Positions 51,410 through 64,000 of a stretch of 64,000 nucleotides of DNA are shown piece by piece. The stretch covers positions 47,246,001-47,310,000 of the forward strand of contig NC_086097.1 in the NCBI RefSeq assembly GCF_963921235.1, given 5' to 3'. Numbering within the stretch: the first letter of the stretch is position 1; every line of letters starts with the position of its first letter. The notes beneath the pieces were generated by a model. It ran no database searches. It saw only the letters and a program-made list of their open reading frames with translations, and was not told the DNA's origin. This DNA comes from Mobula hypostoma. Its lineage: Eukaryota. Position numbers and translations under genes: made by a program.

Positions 51410-54400
51410 TTAAGTGGAGCAGCTATTATGTGAGTGGGCCAGTGCTAGAGTGGGGTATTGAGGCTTTAGCTCACTGAGGAGACAGGTAAACCATAGGTAG
51501 ATTTTTTTTGCTGCTCTTTCTTTCTTTCTTTCCTTCTTTCTTGTTGCATATTTAGAACAGTGGAATGCTCTTGCAGGATGTGGGAAGGTGGGGAGACCTC
51601 CAGAGACTGTGATGACTATACCTGCAAGAAGTGCATCCAGCTTCAGCTTCTTAACAGACAGTGTTAAGTAGTTGGAGCTAGAACTGAATGAACTCCAAAT
51701 CATTTGAACGGTTGATAGACAGGACTTTCAGGAAGGTACTTACACCCAAGGTGCAGGACACAGGTAACTGGGTGACTATAAGGAGGGGCAAAGGGGATGG
51801 GCTGCCAGTGCAGAGTACTTTGACCGTTCCTCTCAACAACAGGTATACTGCTTTGGATACTGTTGGGAGAGGGGGGAGATTGACCTAGCAGAGGAAAGCC
51901 GTACTAGTCAGGTCTCTGGCACTGTTTGGTTCTGCGGTTCAAAAGAGAAGGTGGAAGGGGGGTTGGAGAAGAGGTAAACTGTGAAAGGGGATTCATTGGT
52001 TAGGGAACAGAAAGGAGGTTCTGTTGATGAGAACGAGATTCCCAGATGATTTGTTACGTCCCTGGCTCCAGGTTCTGGGACATCTCAGATCGAGTCCACA
52101 GCATTCTTAAGTGGGAGATTGAGCAGCCAGAGGTTGTGGGCCATGTTGGTACTAATGACGTGGGTAAGAGGGTTGATGAGATCCTGCAAAGTGAGTTCAG
52201 GGAGTTAGGTGCTAAGTTAAAGAACAGGACCTCCAGAGTTGTGATGCAGGATTGCTACCGGTGCTATGTGTTCGTGAGGCCAGAAATAGGAAGATCATAC
52301 AGTTTAACACATAGCTAGGGAGATTGTGCAGCTGGAAGGGCATCAGATTTTTGGATCATTGAGCTCTCTTTGAGGAAAGGTGGGACCTGAACTGGAAGGG
52401 GACTAATATCCCAGCAGGAAGGTTTGCTAGTGCTGCACAGAGGGTTGCAGGGGGATGGGAACCAGAGTGCGGGAACAAATAATGGAGTGATTGTGGAGAA
52501 AGATGTTGTTAAGCCAACTGTATATACAAAGTCAGGAATCAGAAGTTCGAGCAAAGTGGGCCTGATATTCTGAGCTGCATATATTTCAAGGCAAGGAGTA
52601 TTGTAGGAAAGCTGGGTGAGTTTAGGGCATGGATTAGCACATGGAATTATGATATTGTAGCCTTTAGTGAGACTTCGTTGCAGGAGGGGCAGGATCAGCA
52701 GCTAAGTGTTCCAGGGCTGCATTGTTTTAGATGTGATGGGGTGGGGTGGATCAAAGGGGGAGGGGTTCCATTGCTAGTTAGAGAAAATATCACAACAGTG
52801 CTCAGTCAGGACAGCCAGGAGAATTCGTCTGGTGAGACTTAATAAGAAAGGTATGACCACATTAATGGGATTATATTATAGACACAGGATTTAGCAGTAC
52901 AAATTTGCAGAGAGATTGCAGACCATTGCAAGAAACAAAAGGTTGTGATAGTAGGTGGTTTTAACTATCCATACGTTAACTGGGACTCCCATACTGTAAA
53001 AGGGCTGGATGGGAAAGAGTTTGTTAGATGTGTTCAGGAAAGTTTCCTTAATCAGTACAGAGAAGTCCCAACTTGAGAGAGTGCGATGCTAGAGAATTAG
53101 ACAGGGCAAGTGGCAAAAGTTTGTAGGGGTACACTGCATCTAGTGATCATAACGCCACAAGTTTCAAGGTAATTATGGAATAGAATAGGTCTGGTCTGTG
53201 GGTTGAGATTCTAAATTAGAGAAAGACTAAATTTGATGATATCAGTAAGGATCTGGCAAGTGTGGATTGGTTCAGGCTGTTTTCTGGCAAAAGTGTACTT
53301 GGTTTGTAGGAGGCCTTCAGAAATGAAAATTTGAGAGTATAAAGTTTGTATGTTCCTGTCAGAATAAAAAGCAATGATAACAAATTAAGGGAACTTTGGT
53401 TTTTGAGAGATATTGAGGTCCTGTTTAAGAAGGAAGGTGCATAGTAGGAAAAGGCGGGTAGGAACAAATCCTTATTTGAGTATAAAAAAATGCAAGAAAA
53501 CATTTCAAATGAAAATCAGGAGGGCTAAAAGAAGACATGACAAGGTGAAGAAGAATCCTAAGGGCTTCTACAGAGAAATTAAGAGCAAGAGGATAGCAAG
53601 GACAAAATTGGTCCTCTGGAACATCAGAATGGTAATCTGTATGGAGCCAAAAGAGATGGGGGAGATCTTCATTGGTCTTTTTTTTCATCAGTATTTACCC
53701 GGGAGACAGACACAGAGTCTGTAGATGTGAAGTCTATATGGGCAATGTGGCAACGAGGTCATGGACCCTGTACGGATTACAGAGGAGGAAGTGTTTGCTG
53801 TCTTGAGGCAAATTAGGGTGGTTGAACTCCCAGGACCTGACAATATGTTCCCTCCGTCCCTGTGGGAGGCTAATGCTGAAATCGCAGGGGCCTTGGTAGA
53901 GTTACTTAAAACAACCTTGGTCATAATTTTATAAGACATTGTCTGAGGATTAGAGAATAGCTACTGCTATTCCGTTGTTTAAGAAAGGCTCTAAGAATGA
54001 GACAGGAAATTATGGGGCCAGTGAGCTTGAAGTCAGTAGTAGGAAAATTATTGGAATTTATTCTAAGGGACTGGATATATAAGTATTTGGATAGACAGGA
54101 ACTAATTGGGGATGGTCAACATTGCTTTGTGTGTGGTCAGTACTGTCAAAACAATCTTACAGTTTTTCAAGAAAGTTACAAAGAAAGGCTAGGTCTTACA
54201 CAGTAAACAACAGGGCACTGAGGAGTGTGGTAGAACAGTGGGATCTGGAATACAGATCCATAATTCTTTGAAAGAGGCATCACAGATAGAGTCATAGAGA
54301 AAGTTTTTGGCACATTGGCCTATATAAATCAATGCATTGAGGACAGGACTTGGAATGTTGAAATTTTATAAGACATTTGTAAAGCCTAATTTTGAGTATT

Positions 54401-54932
54401 GTGTCCAGTTTTGGTCACCTGCCTGTAGGAAAGATGTAAATAAGTTTAAAAGAGTGCAGAGAAAATTTACAAGGATATTGCCAGGACTTTTGGACATGAG
54501 CTATAACGAGAGGTTGAATAGGTTAGGATTTAATTCCCTAGAACATAAAAAATTGAGGGGAGATTTAATGGAGGTATACAAAATTATGAGGGATATAGAT
54601 AGGGTGAATGCAAACAGGGTTTTTCACTAAGGTCTGGTGAGACTGCAACCAGAGGTCACAGGTTAAGGGTGAAAGGTGAAATGGTTAAGAGGAATATGAA
54701 AGGGAACTTCTTCACTCAGAGGGTGGTGAAAGTGTGGAATGAGCTGCCAGTGTAAGTGCTGGATGTGGATTTGATTCAACATTTAAGAGAAATTTGGATA
54801 GGTACATGAATGGGAGGGGTGTAGCAGACTATGGTTTGGGTGCAGGTCGATGGGACTGGTCAGATTAATAGGTGGGCACAGACGAGATGGGCTGAAGGGC
54901 CTGTTTCTCTGCAGTGGTGTTCTATGACTCTA
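51410..54932 (+). mobile_element. Decayed CR1 LINE spanning 5' UTR, ORF1 and ORF2 with deletions
   Basis: VPLNNRYTAL, PEVVGHVGTNDVG (esterase), PVSLKSVVGKLLE and EYCVQFWSP..RVQRKFTR..RGDLMEVYK. Tail ttctatgactcta. Confidence 0.85.
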
Positions 54933-55610
54933 ATAGTATCCAAAAAATGGAATCTAAAGCTGAGGAGAAAGATTGTTTTGAAATCAGAGCAAGTGATAAC
55001 TCTCTGTTTAGGACTGAAGAAACGGAAGTTACAAATTGTTGTTTAGAGTTGAAAAATACTTGTATAAAGTTGCTAGCTGTGATTTATGAAATTGTATAAA
55101 TAGATTCCTACTCAGCTCTTAATTCCTTAAATATTAACAAAGGCATAAAAATAAACAAGAGAATGTGGAATAAATCTTGCATTTCAGCCAAGTGACTGGA
55201 ATGTGATATTTGCTTTAATAGAGCATTTCACTCTTGCATGTCTTCTTTCATAATGGAGCTGGTATTGATACAAATCATTATACCAATTTATATGTTTCCT
55301 GGATATCCAATCCCTTACTTCCTCTCCCTTTGTAAACATCCTTAAATACCTTGGATCTCAGATGCCCAAACTTTCCCTTTAATTTAAACAGTCCTTGTAA
55401 ATTTAAGACATCCTCATCATTTCTCTATATTCATGAGAAATTTACTCCCCTGAATCCTATTTGCAACTGCTCACCCTAGGTCCTTCCATGAGTATATGAA
55501 GATAAATCTTGTTTGTATGCACAAGGTGAGAAATGAATGATTGCTTTTGTCATCCATGCTTTGTTTAACTGTAGAAGGTTAAAAAGTTTTAAAAATCTGC
55601 TGAAGATGTA

Positions 55611-56092
55611 GCAGCGCACATAAAATGCTGAAGGAACTCAGTAGGTCAGGCAGCATCGATGGAGGGGAATAAACAGTCAACGTTTTGGCCTTCATCAGGG
55701 CTGGAAAAGAAGGGGCAGATGTCAGAGTAAGAAGGTGGGGGAGGGGAAAGAGTACTAGCGGGCAGGTGATAAGTGAAGACAGGTGGGTGATGGGGAGAGG
55801 GAGGCTGAAGGAAGGAACTGGGAGGGGATAGATGGAAGATTAAATGGCTGAGGAAGAAAGAATCTGATAGGAGAGGCCAGTGGACCATGGGAGAAAGGGA
55901 AGGAGGAGGGGCCCCAGAGGAATATGATAGGCGGGTTAGGGGCAGAGAAGAGGGGAGAAGGAAACTGGAATGGGGAAAAAAGAGGAGGGAGAAATTGATG
56001 TTCATGACATTAAGTTAGAGGCTACCCAAATGGAATATAAGGTGTTACTCCTGCAACCTTGGAGTTGCCTCATTGTGGCAGTAGAGGAAGGC
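55611..56092 (-). mobile_element. PLE 3' fragment (GIY-YIG C-terminal remnant, 3' UTR, hammerhead with stem II deletion)
   Basis: Minus strand LYCHNEATPRLQE*HLIFHLGSL..MNINF; core CTGATGAaggccAAAAcgTTgact. Confidence 0.75.
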
Positions 56093-56169
56093 AAAACTTG
56101 TATTTAAATATTGTGTACAGTGTGACCACCCCCCCCCCCCACTTACCCTTGTGTAAGAAAGGATGTACT

Positions 56170-56660
56170 AGGATTTAAGGTGATCCAAGAGAGAGTTACT
56201 GGGTTAATTCCTGGAACAAAAGTGCATTTGTGTAAAGAAATTGTATCTGTATCCTTTGATGTTTACATGAATGAGAGGCAGAGCTGATCTTATTGAAAAC
56301 ACAAGATACCATGATGGACAGGTTAAATGCTAAGATGCTTAAACTAGCAAGAGAGGCTTGAACTCGGAGACAGAGGTACAAGATTAGGTTGAATATAAAA
56401 CCAAGATGCATAGGAATTTCTTCTCAAATAGTGGTGAATTTCTTGGAATTTCTAATCCCAACATGTTATGAAGACTAAATCACTGGAAGCATTTAAGAAA
56501 GAAGTACAGTACCTATGCTTTTGAAAGATGGAGGAATCAAGGACTCTGGTGAACTAGCTCAGAAGAGTGGATGCGTGGACAGATCAGCCATGATTATATT
56601 GAAAGATGAACAGGTTTCATGGACCAGATACCTTGTTCTTGCTCCTTTTTTCTTGTATCT
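56170..56660 (+). mobile_element. Old CR1 3' fragment
   Basis: gagctgatcttattgaaaacacaagat... and agatcagccatgatt, matching the other CR1 ends. Confidence 0.55.
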
Positions 56661-56979
56661 CACTGTCGGGTGTTACAGGAATCAAATAGAAAGATAGTTT
56701 TATATCTAAGTGTGGTGAGTAGATGTTCAATGAGAAAAGAATTAAGGTTGGCAAGATTGGTTTCTCTTTGGGCTACTTGTAAGCATTGAAGTAGTAATAA
56801 ATTAATGTGCATGAGAATGGGGAAGTTTATTTAACAATAAGGGGAGGTGGGGGCGAGAAGAGAAACCAGGAACTTAAAATGGAAGTGTATGGCATTGCTA
56901 CAAACTTTCAAGTACTGCAGAGTGATGAAACCATATCAGAGGTAAGAGTGAATTGTCATGTTGAAACCATCATTTGGTT

Positions 56980-57066
56980 CAGAGGTTCCCAACCTGGGGC
57001 TCATGGACCCCTTGCTTAATAGTTTTGGTCCATGGCGTTTTTTAAAAAAAAAGGTTGGGAACCTCG
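56980..57066. mobile_element. Short hAT-like MITE
   Basis: TIRs cagaggttcccaacct and aggttgggaacctc-g. No clear TSD. Confidence 0.6.
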
Positions 57067-58111
57067 ATCTCGTTAATAGTTTTCGGGGGTGAAACCTGAT
57101 GTGTTAGATACTCTTGGTTAGTTTTCTGAGTTAGTTGTTATCTCACACGTCCAATACGAATTTGAAATGTGAAGACATGTAATTGATTATTCTTTGTACA
57201 TATTGATCCTTGTAGGTGAAGAAGGATCTATCCATTAGTACAAAATGATATTATCTCAGGTGTAATTATGCAGTAGCTGTAACTATCTAACACTTCGTAA
57301 AATGTCAAAATAAACAAAATGGTTTGGAATTTATTTAATGCAAGTTGAGTGGTTAAGAATAATGTTTGAACCTGAAAATATTTAATGTAAAGACTAGATT
57401 GCAGTTGGCAACAAAGATATTTTCTTACTTTTTATTGGTCTGGTTTAAATACAGCTTTTGGAGGGGGAGCAATAATCTGAGTTTGCATAAAGAAATGTTA
57501 AATAAATAGTAAAGCTGAAGTTTGTCTAGATCATAGTACTGAAGGTTAGTAACAATGTATCTCCTTTAAGAAAAGAATTCACAGGAAATTTGGGTCATGA
57601 GCCTAGGATTTGTTTCTTGTTTCACCCTTACTGGTAAATCTTGATCTGATTTGATCGTGCTTTCAGTAATCTCCTTTCGTCAGCCACCCTGAAAAGGTGA
57701 TTTATGGATCAGCAGAGGAAAATTTAAACCTGTGTTTAATAGACATTGAAGTTTTCTCCGAGGCTCATAATTGTGAATAGAATTCTTCCTATTTAGTTAT
57801 CTATTAGCTCAGAAATGGACCACACTTACAAATTTTAGAAATAACATTGCACTAAATATTTATTTCACTTATTGTTAACAGGATGAGAGATAATCTTTTA
57901 ATCATACAGACCATCTGTATGTGGGATGATTGCATCCAACTGTTTGACACAAATTGGAAAATATTTGACAATGTGTCAGATGATGGAGGTGCTCCCCAAA
58001 TAGACTGCAATATTTATTGCTGACATTATCTTAATCAAGATTGCACTATGAACTGTCATCTAGGCAATATTACTGCTGACACTTTAAGCACTAAGAATTG
58101 ACAAAGTGAGG

Positions 58112-59622
58112 TGGATGTCCCACTCTTCTGAGGCTGTGCCCTTTGGTTCTAGACTCACCAGCTATAGGATACAACCTCTCCAAATCAAGACCTTTTGATA
58201 TTTAATAGGTTTCAATGAGACCCCCCCCCCCCCACAACAAACACTGGCCCAGAGCCAACAAACTCTCATTAGGGGTTAACCCTGTCATTTGCAGAATTAT
58301 TCTTGTGAACCTCCTCTGGTCCCTGTCTAATGCTAGCACATCTTTTCTTAGATAAGGTGCCCAAAAATGCTCATAATACTCCAAGTGCAGTCTGAACAAT
58401 GTCTTATAAAGCCTCAGCATCACATCCTTGCTCTTATATTCTAGTCCTCTTGAAATGAATACTAACATTGCATTTGCATTCTCTACCACCAACTCAACCT
58501 GCAAATTAACCTTTAAGGACTCCTACACAAGGCCTCCCAAGTCCCTTTGGACCTCTGATTTTTGAATACTGGACTTGACAAAAGCCTAGATGTGTGCATG
58601 AAAGTCTGACTGAGTGGTACCTTAACAATTTCTTATTCAATGTCAGCAAGACCAAGGAGCTGAGTATTGACCTCAGGAGAAGGAAACTTGAGGTCCATGA
58701 GCCAGTCCTCACTGGAGGATCAGAGGTGGAGAGGGTCAGCAACTTTAAACTCCTTGGTGTCAATATTTCGGAAGACCTCTTCTGGACCCAGCACATAAGT
58801 ACAATTACGAATAAAACATCGCAGTGCCTCTACTTCATTAGATGTCATGCCAAATATTTGCAAACTCCTAAAACTCTGACAAACTTGTATAGGTGTGTGG
58901 TGGAGAGTGTATTGACTGACTGCATCACAGCCTAGTATGGAAACACCATTGCCCTTAAACGGAAAATTCTAAAAGAGAGTAATAAATACGACCCAGTCCA
59001 TCATGGATAAAGCCCTCTCGTGAAATGCTGTCACAAGAAAGTAGCATCCATCATCAAGGACTCCAACCACTCAGGATGTGCTCTCATTTTGCTGCTGCCG
59101 CCATCAGGAAGAAAGTGCAGGAGCCTTGAGACTCACACCACCAGTTTCAGGACCACTCAACCATCAGGCTCTTGAACCAAAGAGGATTTCACTCATCCAT
59201 TCATTGAAATGACAGGGTTAACACACAGGAGAGTTTATTGGCTCTGGGCCAGTGTTTGTTGTGGGGCGGGGGGGGGGGCGTCTCATTGAAACCTATTAAT
59301 ATCGAAAGGTCTTGATTTGGAGAGGTTGTATCCTATAGTAGGTGAGTCTAGAACCAGAGGGCACAGCCTCAGAATAGTGGGACATCCATTTAAAACAGAG
59401 ATGAAAAGGAATATCATTAGCCAGAGGGCGGTGAATCTGTGGAAGACATTGAGTATATTTAAATCAGTGGTCAATAGGTTCTTGATTAGTCAAGGCATCA
59501 AAGGTTATGGAGAGAAGGCAGGAGAATGGGGTTGAGAGGGATAATAAGTCAGCCATGATGGAATAGCAGAGCAGACTTGATGGGCCAAATGGCCTAATTC
59601 TACCCTTATGTTTTATAGTCAT
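58112..59622. mobile_element. Composite: minus CR1 (58112-58565), plus L2/Rex fragment (about 58590-59200), plus CR1 3' end (59207-59622)
   Basis: ORFs 58202-58504, 58594-58935 and 59317-59535. 58112-58290 is inverted against 59207-59388. Confidence 0.8.
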
Positions 59623-60092
59623 ATCATATTGCTATATGCTGAAATCTTTCCTGAATTCTTTCAGTCCTGATGCAGGGCCTTGACCCCAATTTGCCCCTTT
59701 AGCCTCTGCATGCACTAATTGACCTGAGTTCTTCCAGCTTTGTGCTCCAGAAGCCAGGTAGCTGTCCAATCTGCTGAAAAGTGTTCATTTCCAAAGGACT
59801 GAGTTGTATTTGCATCTGGTTCATACCATATCAGCTTGCCGCTTTCATGTAGTGTTAAAAGAAAGCTGCCTGGGGGATAGTGATAGAGTGGGAGAGGGAT
59901 TATTGGTGTGGGGTGAGCACACCGCCCTGCCTTGTACACCGAGTCAGTATGAGTCAATGCTTTGAAAGGGTGGGAGATGGGAACTTTGAAGATTAAATGC
60001 CAAGTTTGGTGTGTATATGTGATGACTTTAAAAGAAATAATGGGGAAAGTAATTTTATTTGCAAAGAGCAAAAGGAACGTACTGAATTTTAA

Positions 60093-60443
<351 letters not shown>

Positions 60444-60755
60444 GGGACAAAGAAATGTTATTTATCAATATATTTGTTTCTCGCTAAGGAAGGTACAGTG
60501 TAGAATGAAATTCTACAGAGATGTGTTGACGTGTGATGTCCTGTGGATGCATGCCTTGATTATGGCATCTGATTAACATTTTACTTTTACAGAAACTAAC
60601 TGTGAAAGAAATAGCATACAACTTGATGCAAATTCAGTACTTGGGCTGTAAATGGAATGAGCAGTGGGATCTAAACCATTTATAAATTCCATGTGGGCAT
60701 AGTGTATTGACCTTCTTTCAGCAATGCCTTGTTCGTTTAGTTTAATTGACTTTCT

Positions 60756-60761
60756 AATAAA
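60756..60761 (+). promoter_or_regulatory. Candidate TRMT61A polyadenylation signal
   Basis: AATAAA about 310 nt after the stop codon, followed by T/GT-rich sequence. Confidence 0.5.
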
Positions 60762-61835
60762 TATTTTGTTTACTGAGGAATATTAAGTGACTTGTGTTTA
60801 TAACATAATATTGAATACAGTTAGATCTTTATCAGTTCAGGCTACATGCATGCAAATATGATTTAGATGGAGAACGATCTTAATGGCTGATTTATGATGT
60901 CTGTACTTGTTAATTAACAATGAACATTTGTGAAATACTGACGTAAAGCCATTCAAATATTCTATTGTGGTAACACAATTTGAAAATGTTGACTAACAAG
61001 AAAATTAATTTCTGATGCTATAATTTCTATTTGTTTAAGTTATTAATATTGTAATGCAGAATATTCTGCTGTGTTTTATTTAAATGTCTCCAAAATGAAC
61101 CAAGCCAAAGTATTTGAAGTTTTGGGTAGTGCTGTTGAACCCACCCAATCTTCCCTGGTAAGCAACAAATCAATATCTGCTCTGGTCTGCCTAAAAGAAC
61201 TTTGCAACTCTCTCAGTAATAATATATTATACAGTAGAGACTTAACATGTCACAGTATTTCAGATAACTCATTGGACAGACAAATGGTACTGAGGATTTG
61301 TTACTTAATTATCTTCAAGCCCTCAGTACCTGACTTGCTGTCTTTGGGCTAATCAAAATGTGAGATCCCCGTTATCATGGATTCACTCTAAAAACTTGGC
61401 TTTTTGATATATTTGTTGGTAATGAATTCAAATATTGACATAATTCAAATGCTAAAGTTTGACTTGACTTCCTGTTACAGTGAGCACTTAATATTATGTC
61501 ATGAAAATTTTTTTAAAACGTTAAAATTTTGAAGGATAGAAATGAAGTTTGACCATGTCATCGATGTATATTGTGCATTTCTTGGTGATACAAGAAAACG
61601 AAGGATCAATGAAGAGAGCAAGACAACAGTTCTGAAATATTACTGGATTATCAGAGTTCAGTCATTTCAAGGATTTTGTGTCTAATTTTATATGTAGAGT
61701 CATGGAGTCTTAGAATCACAGAAACAGGTATTTGGTTCAACTTTCCTTCTTCACCAAGTTGTTTACCTGAGCTAGTCTGTTTGTCTCTATTTGGCCAGTA
61801 AGTATCCCTCAACCTCTCTGAGCCATGTACCCATC

Positions 61836-62392
61836 TACAGTGCAGTTTTGGTCCCCTAATCTGAGGAAAGACATCCTTGCCATAGAGGGAGTACAAAGAA
61901 GGTTCACCAGATTGATTCCTGGGATGGCAGGACTTTCATAAGATCAAAGACTGGATGAACTAGGTTTATACTAGTTGGAATTTAGAAGATTGGGGGGGGG
62001 GAATCTGATTGAAATGTATAAAATTCTAAAGGGATTGGACAGGCTAGATGCAGGAAGATTGTTCCCGATGTTGGGGAAGTCCAGAACGAGGGGTCACAGT
62101 TTGAGGATAAAGGGGAAGCCTTTTAGGACCGAGATTAGGAAAAACTTCTTCACACAGAGAGTGGTGAATCTGTGGAATTCTCTGCCACAGGAAACAGTTG
62201 AGGCCAGTTCATTGGCTATATTTAAGAGGGAGTTAGATATGGCCCTTGTGGCTAAAGGGATCAGGGGGTATGGAGGGAAGGCTGGTGCAGGGTTCTGAGT
62301 TGGATGATCAGCCATGATCATACTGAATGGCGGTGCAGGCTCGAAGGGCCAAATGGCCTACTCCTGCACCTATTTTCTATGTTTCTATGTTT
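61836..62392 (+). mobile_element. Young CR1 3' fragment within an older minus-strand CR1 (about 61700-62780)
   Basis: ORF 61975-62298 (NLIEMYKILKGLDRLDAG..TRGHSLRI..FFTQRVVNLWNSLP) and (ttctatgt)n tail. Confidence 0.85.
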
Positions 62393-62974
62393 ACATGTCG
62401 TTTAAATGCTCTAATTGTACTCGTCTCTACCATTTCCTGTGGCGGCTTGTTCCACGTGCCCACCATCCTCTGTGTGAGAGGTGGACCTTGCCTCTAAGAT
62501 TCTCTAAATCTTTCCCTGCTCAACTTAAACCTATGCCCACAAGTTTTAGCCTTCTCTGACCTGGTTAAAAAGACCAACCATTCACCTTACCTATGCCTCT
62601 CAAAATTACCCCTCAGCCTTCTACACTCTATAGAAAAATGCCACAGCTTATTAAGACTCTCCTTATAGTTCAGACCAGTAACACCCTCATGAATCTTTTC
62701 TACACCCTTTCAAGCATAAGGACACCTTTCCTCTAACCAAGAACTGCACACATTACAACAATACCTTGTACAACTGGTATTTAAAAGCCAAACTGCTGAA
62801 GGCAAAGTCAGTGTAAATTTATTATCAAATATGGCTATGTCACCATATAATACCTTGAGATACATTTTCTTGCAGGCATTTATAGGAAAATAAGGAAATT
62901 CAATTGTTTATGGAAAAACTATACGAACAAAGGCTAACAAATAAATAATGTGCAACCTGATGGTGTGCGACCTA

Positions 62975-63550
62975 AGGTTTCACTGCTCCACTGCAAAGTC
63001 TCCATGAGGGATACCAACCCTGAAGAAGTTTAAATCTTCCCTTCGTCAGGAGTTCAGTGAAACCCTCTCTCACTGCTCCTCCACTGTAATCTCTGCTGCT
63101 CTCTGACTTTTCGACCATCTGTTCACCCAGACCTGTTACCGCAGCAACGTATCCTTCCTGGGAGCCAGTCTTCTCCACCATCTTGCGATGAATATTGATT
63201 TTTTTTTCCTCTGTTGAACAAAATGTCCCCCCTCTGCCTCCTCTATTCCTCACTCTGACCTTTAACTACTTCTCACCTGCTTATCACCTCCCCATGGCTC
63301 TCCTCCTCTCCTTTCTCCTGTTGTCCACTCTTCTCTGCTAGCAGATTCTTTTTTCCCCAGCCCTTGACCTTCCCCAGCCCTTGACCTTTCCCACCCACCT
63401 GGCTTCACCTATTACCTTCCAGATAGCCTTTCTCCTCTCCCCACCTTTTAATTCAGGGATCTTTTTCACCCCCCCCCCGCCCCCAGTCCCAATGAAGGGC
63501 CTCGGCCCGAAAATTTGACTGATTACTCCTTTCCGTAGATGCTGCCTGAC
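62975..63550 (+). mobile_element. Internally deleted PLE (ORF start fused to ORF end and 3' UTR, decayed hammerhead at about 63484-63521)
   Basis: ctgaagaagtttaaatcttcccttcg..gagttcagtgaaacc as in 47460-47590, joined to atgaatattgattt (MNIDF). Confidence 0.7.
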
Positions 63551-63825
63551 AGTCAGACAGAGGGACAATAGCCTTGCTACTCTCAATTTTGTCTGCCAAA
63601 TAATGAGTTTGAAGGAATGTCGGTCCATCAGACAAGAGAGTCGTAGCTAGTCACAGGGAGGAGATTTCCTTGTCCATTTTCTCTTTTTCTGCAGTAGGAT
63701 ATGATATGTCTATAATGTTAGTTAAGTGGCTTGGTTCATGTGCTGTTGCTTCAGTAACCATTGGAACCTCTCTACCAATTTACAGGCAACTTCCCTAATA
63801 TGTGTACTGAGTATTTTACATGGTC

Positions 63826-64000
63826 ACACACATAAAAGTTGCTGGTGAATGCAGCAGGCCAGGCAGCATCTCTAGGAAGAGGTGCAGTCGACGTTTCAGG
63901 CCGAGATCCTTCGTCAGGACTAACTGAAGGAAGAGTGAGTAAGGGATTTGAAAGTTGGAGGGGGAGGGGGAGATCCAAAATGATAGGAGAAGACAGGAGG
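63826..64000 (-). mobile_element. PLE terminal repeat with hammerhead motif (63886-63921), runs off the window
   Basis: Minus strand agtcCTGACGAaggatctcggcctGAAAcgTCgact. Same subfamily as 47598-47760 and 49054-49260. Confidence 0.8.

Noticed and set aside
63355..63390. 17-bp tandem duplication (also the 27-bp repeat near 7855-7925)
   Set aside because: Ordinary slippage duplications inside repeat 3' UTRs.

Overview
Repeat-rich vertebrate genomic DNA, most likely from a cartilaginous fish (ray or shark; inferred from the repeat repertoire). One host gene is supported: TRMT61A (catalytic subunit of the tRNA m1A58 methyltransferase), + strand, with three coding exons (20380-20710, 50994-51260, 60118-60443; 924 nt, 307 aa) and GT-AG introns of about 30.3 kb and 8.9 kb. 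Its promoter and non-coding first exon were not found. The rest is mostly nested mobile DNA: the 5' LTR, PBS and SCAN-type gag of a Gmr1-like gypsy element; CR1, L2/Rex-type and RTE LINEs; two solo LTRs of one family; Chapaev-like, Tigger-like and hAT-like DNA transposon relics; and an 0.8 kb polypyrimidine satellite. The most notable non-coding signal is about a dozen Penelope-like element (PLE) fragments carrying minimal type I hammerhead ribozyme motifs (agtc-CTGANGA-a-gggt-ctcg-gccc-GAAA-cg-TC-gact). They occur as single copies, as fold-back insertions with 14-bp target-site duplications, and as a direct tandem with 348-nt spacing that resembles a retrozyme unit. Several lie in sense orientation inside a TRMT61A intron. 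All calls come from reading the sequence by eye. Repeat family names and many repeat boundaries are approximate.
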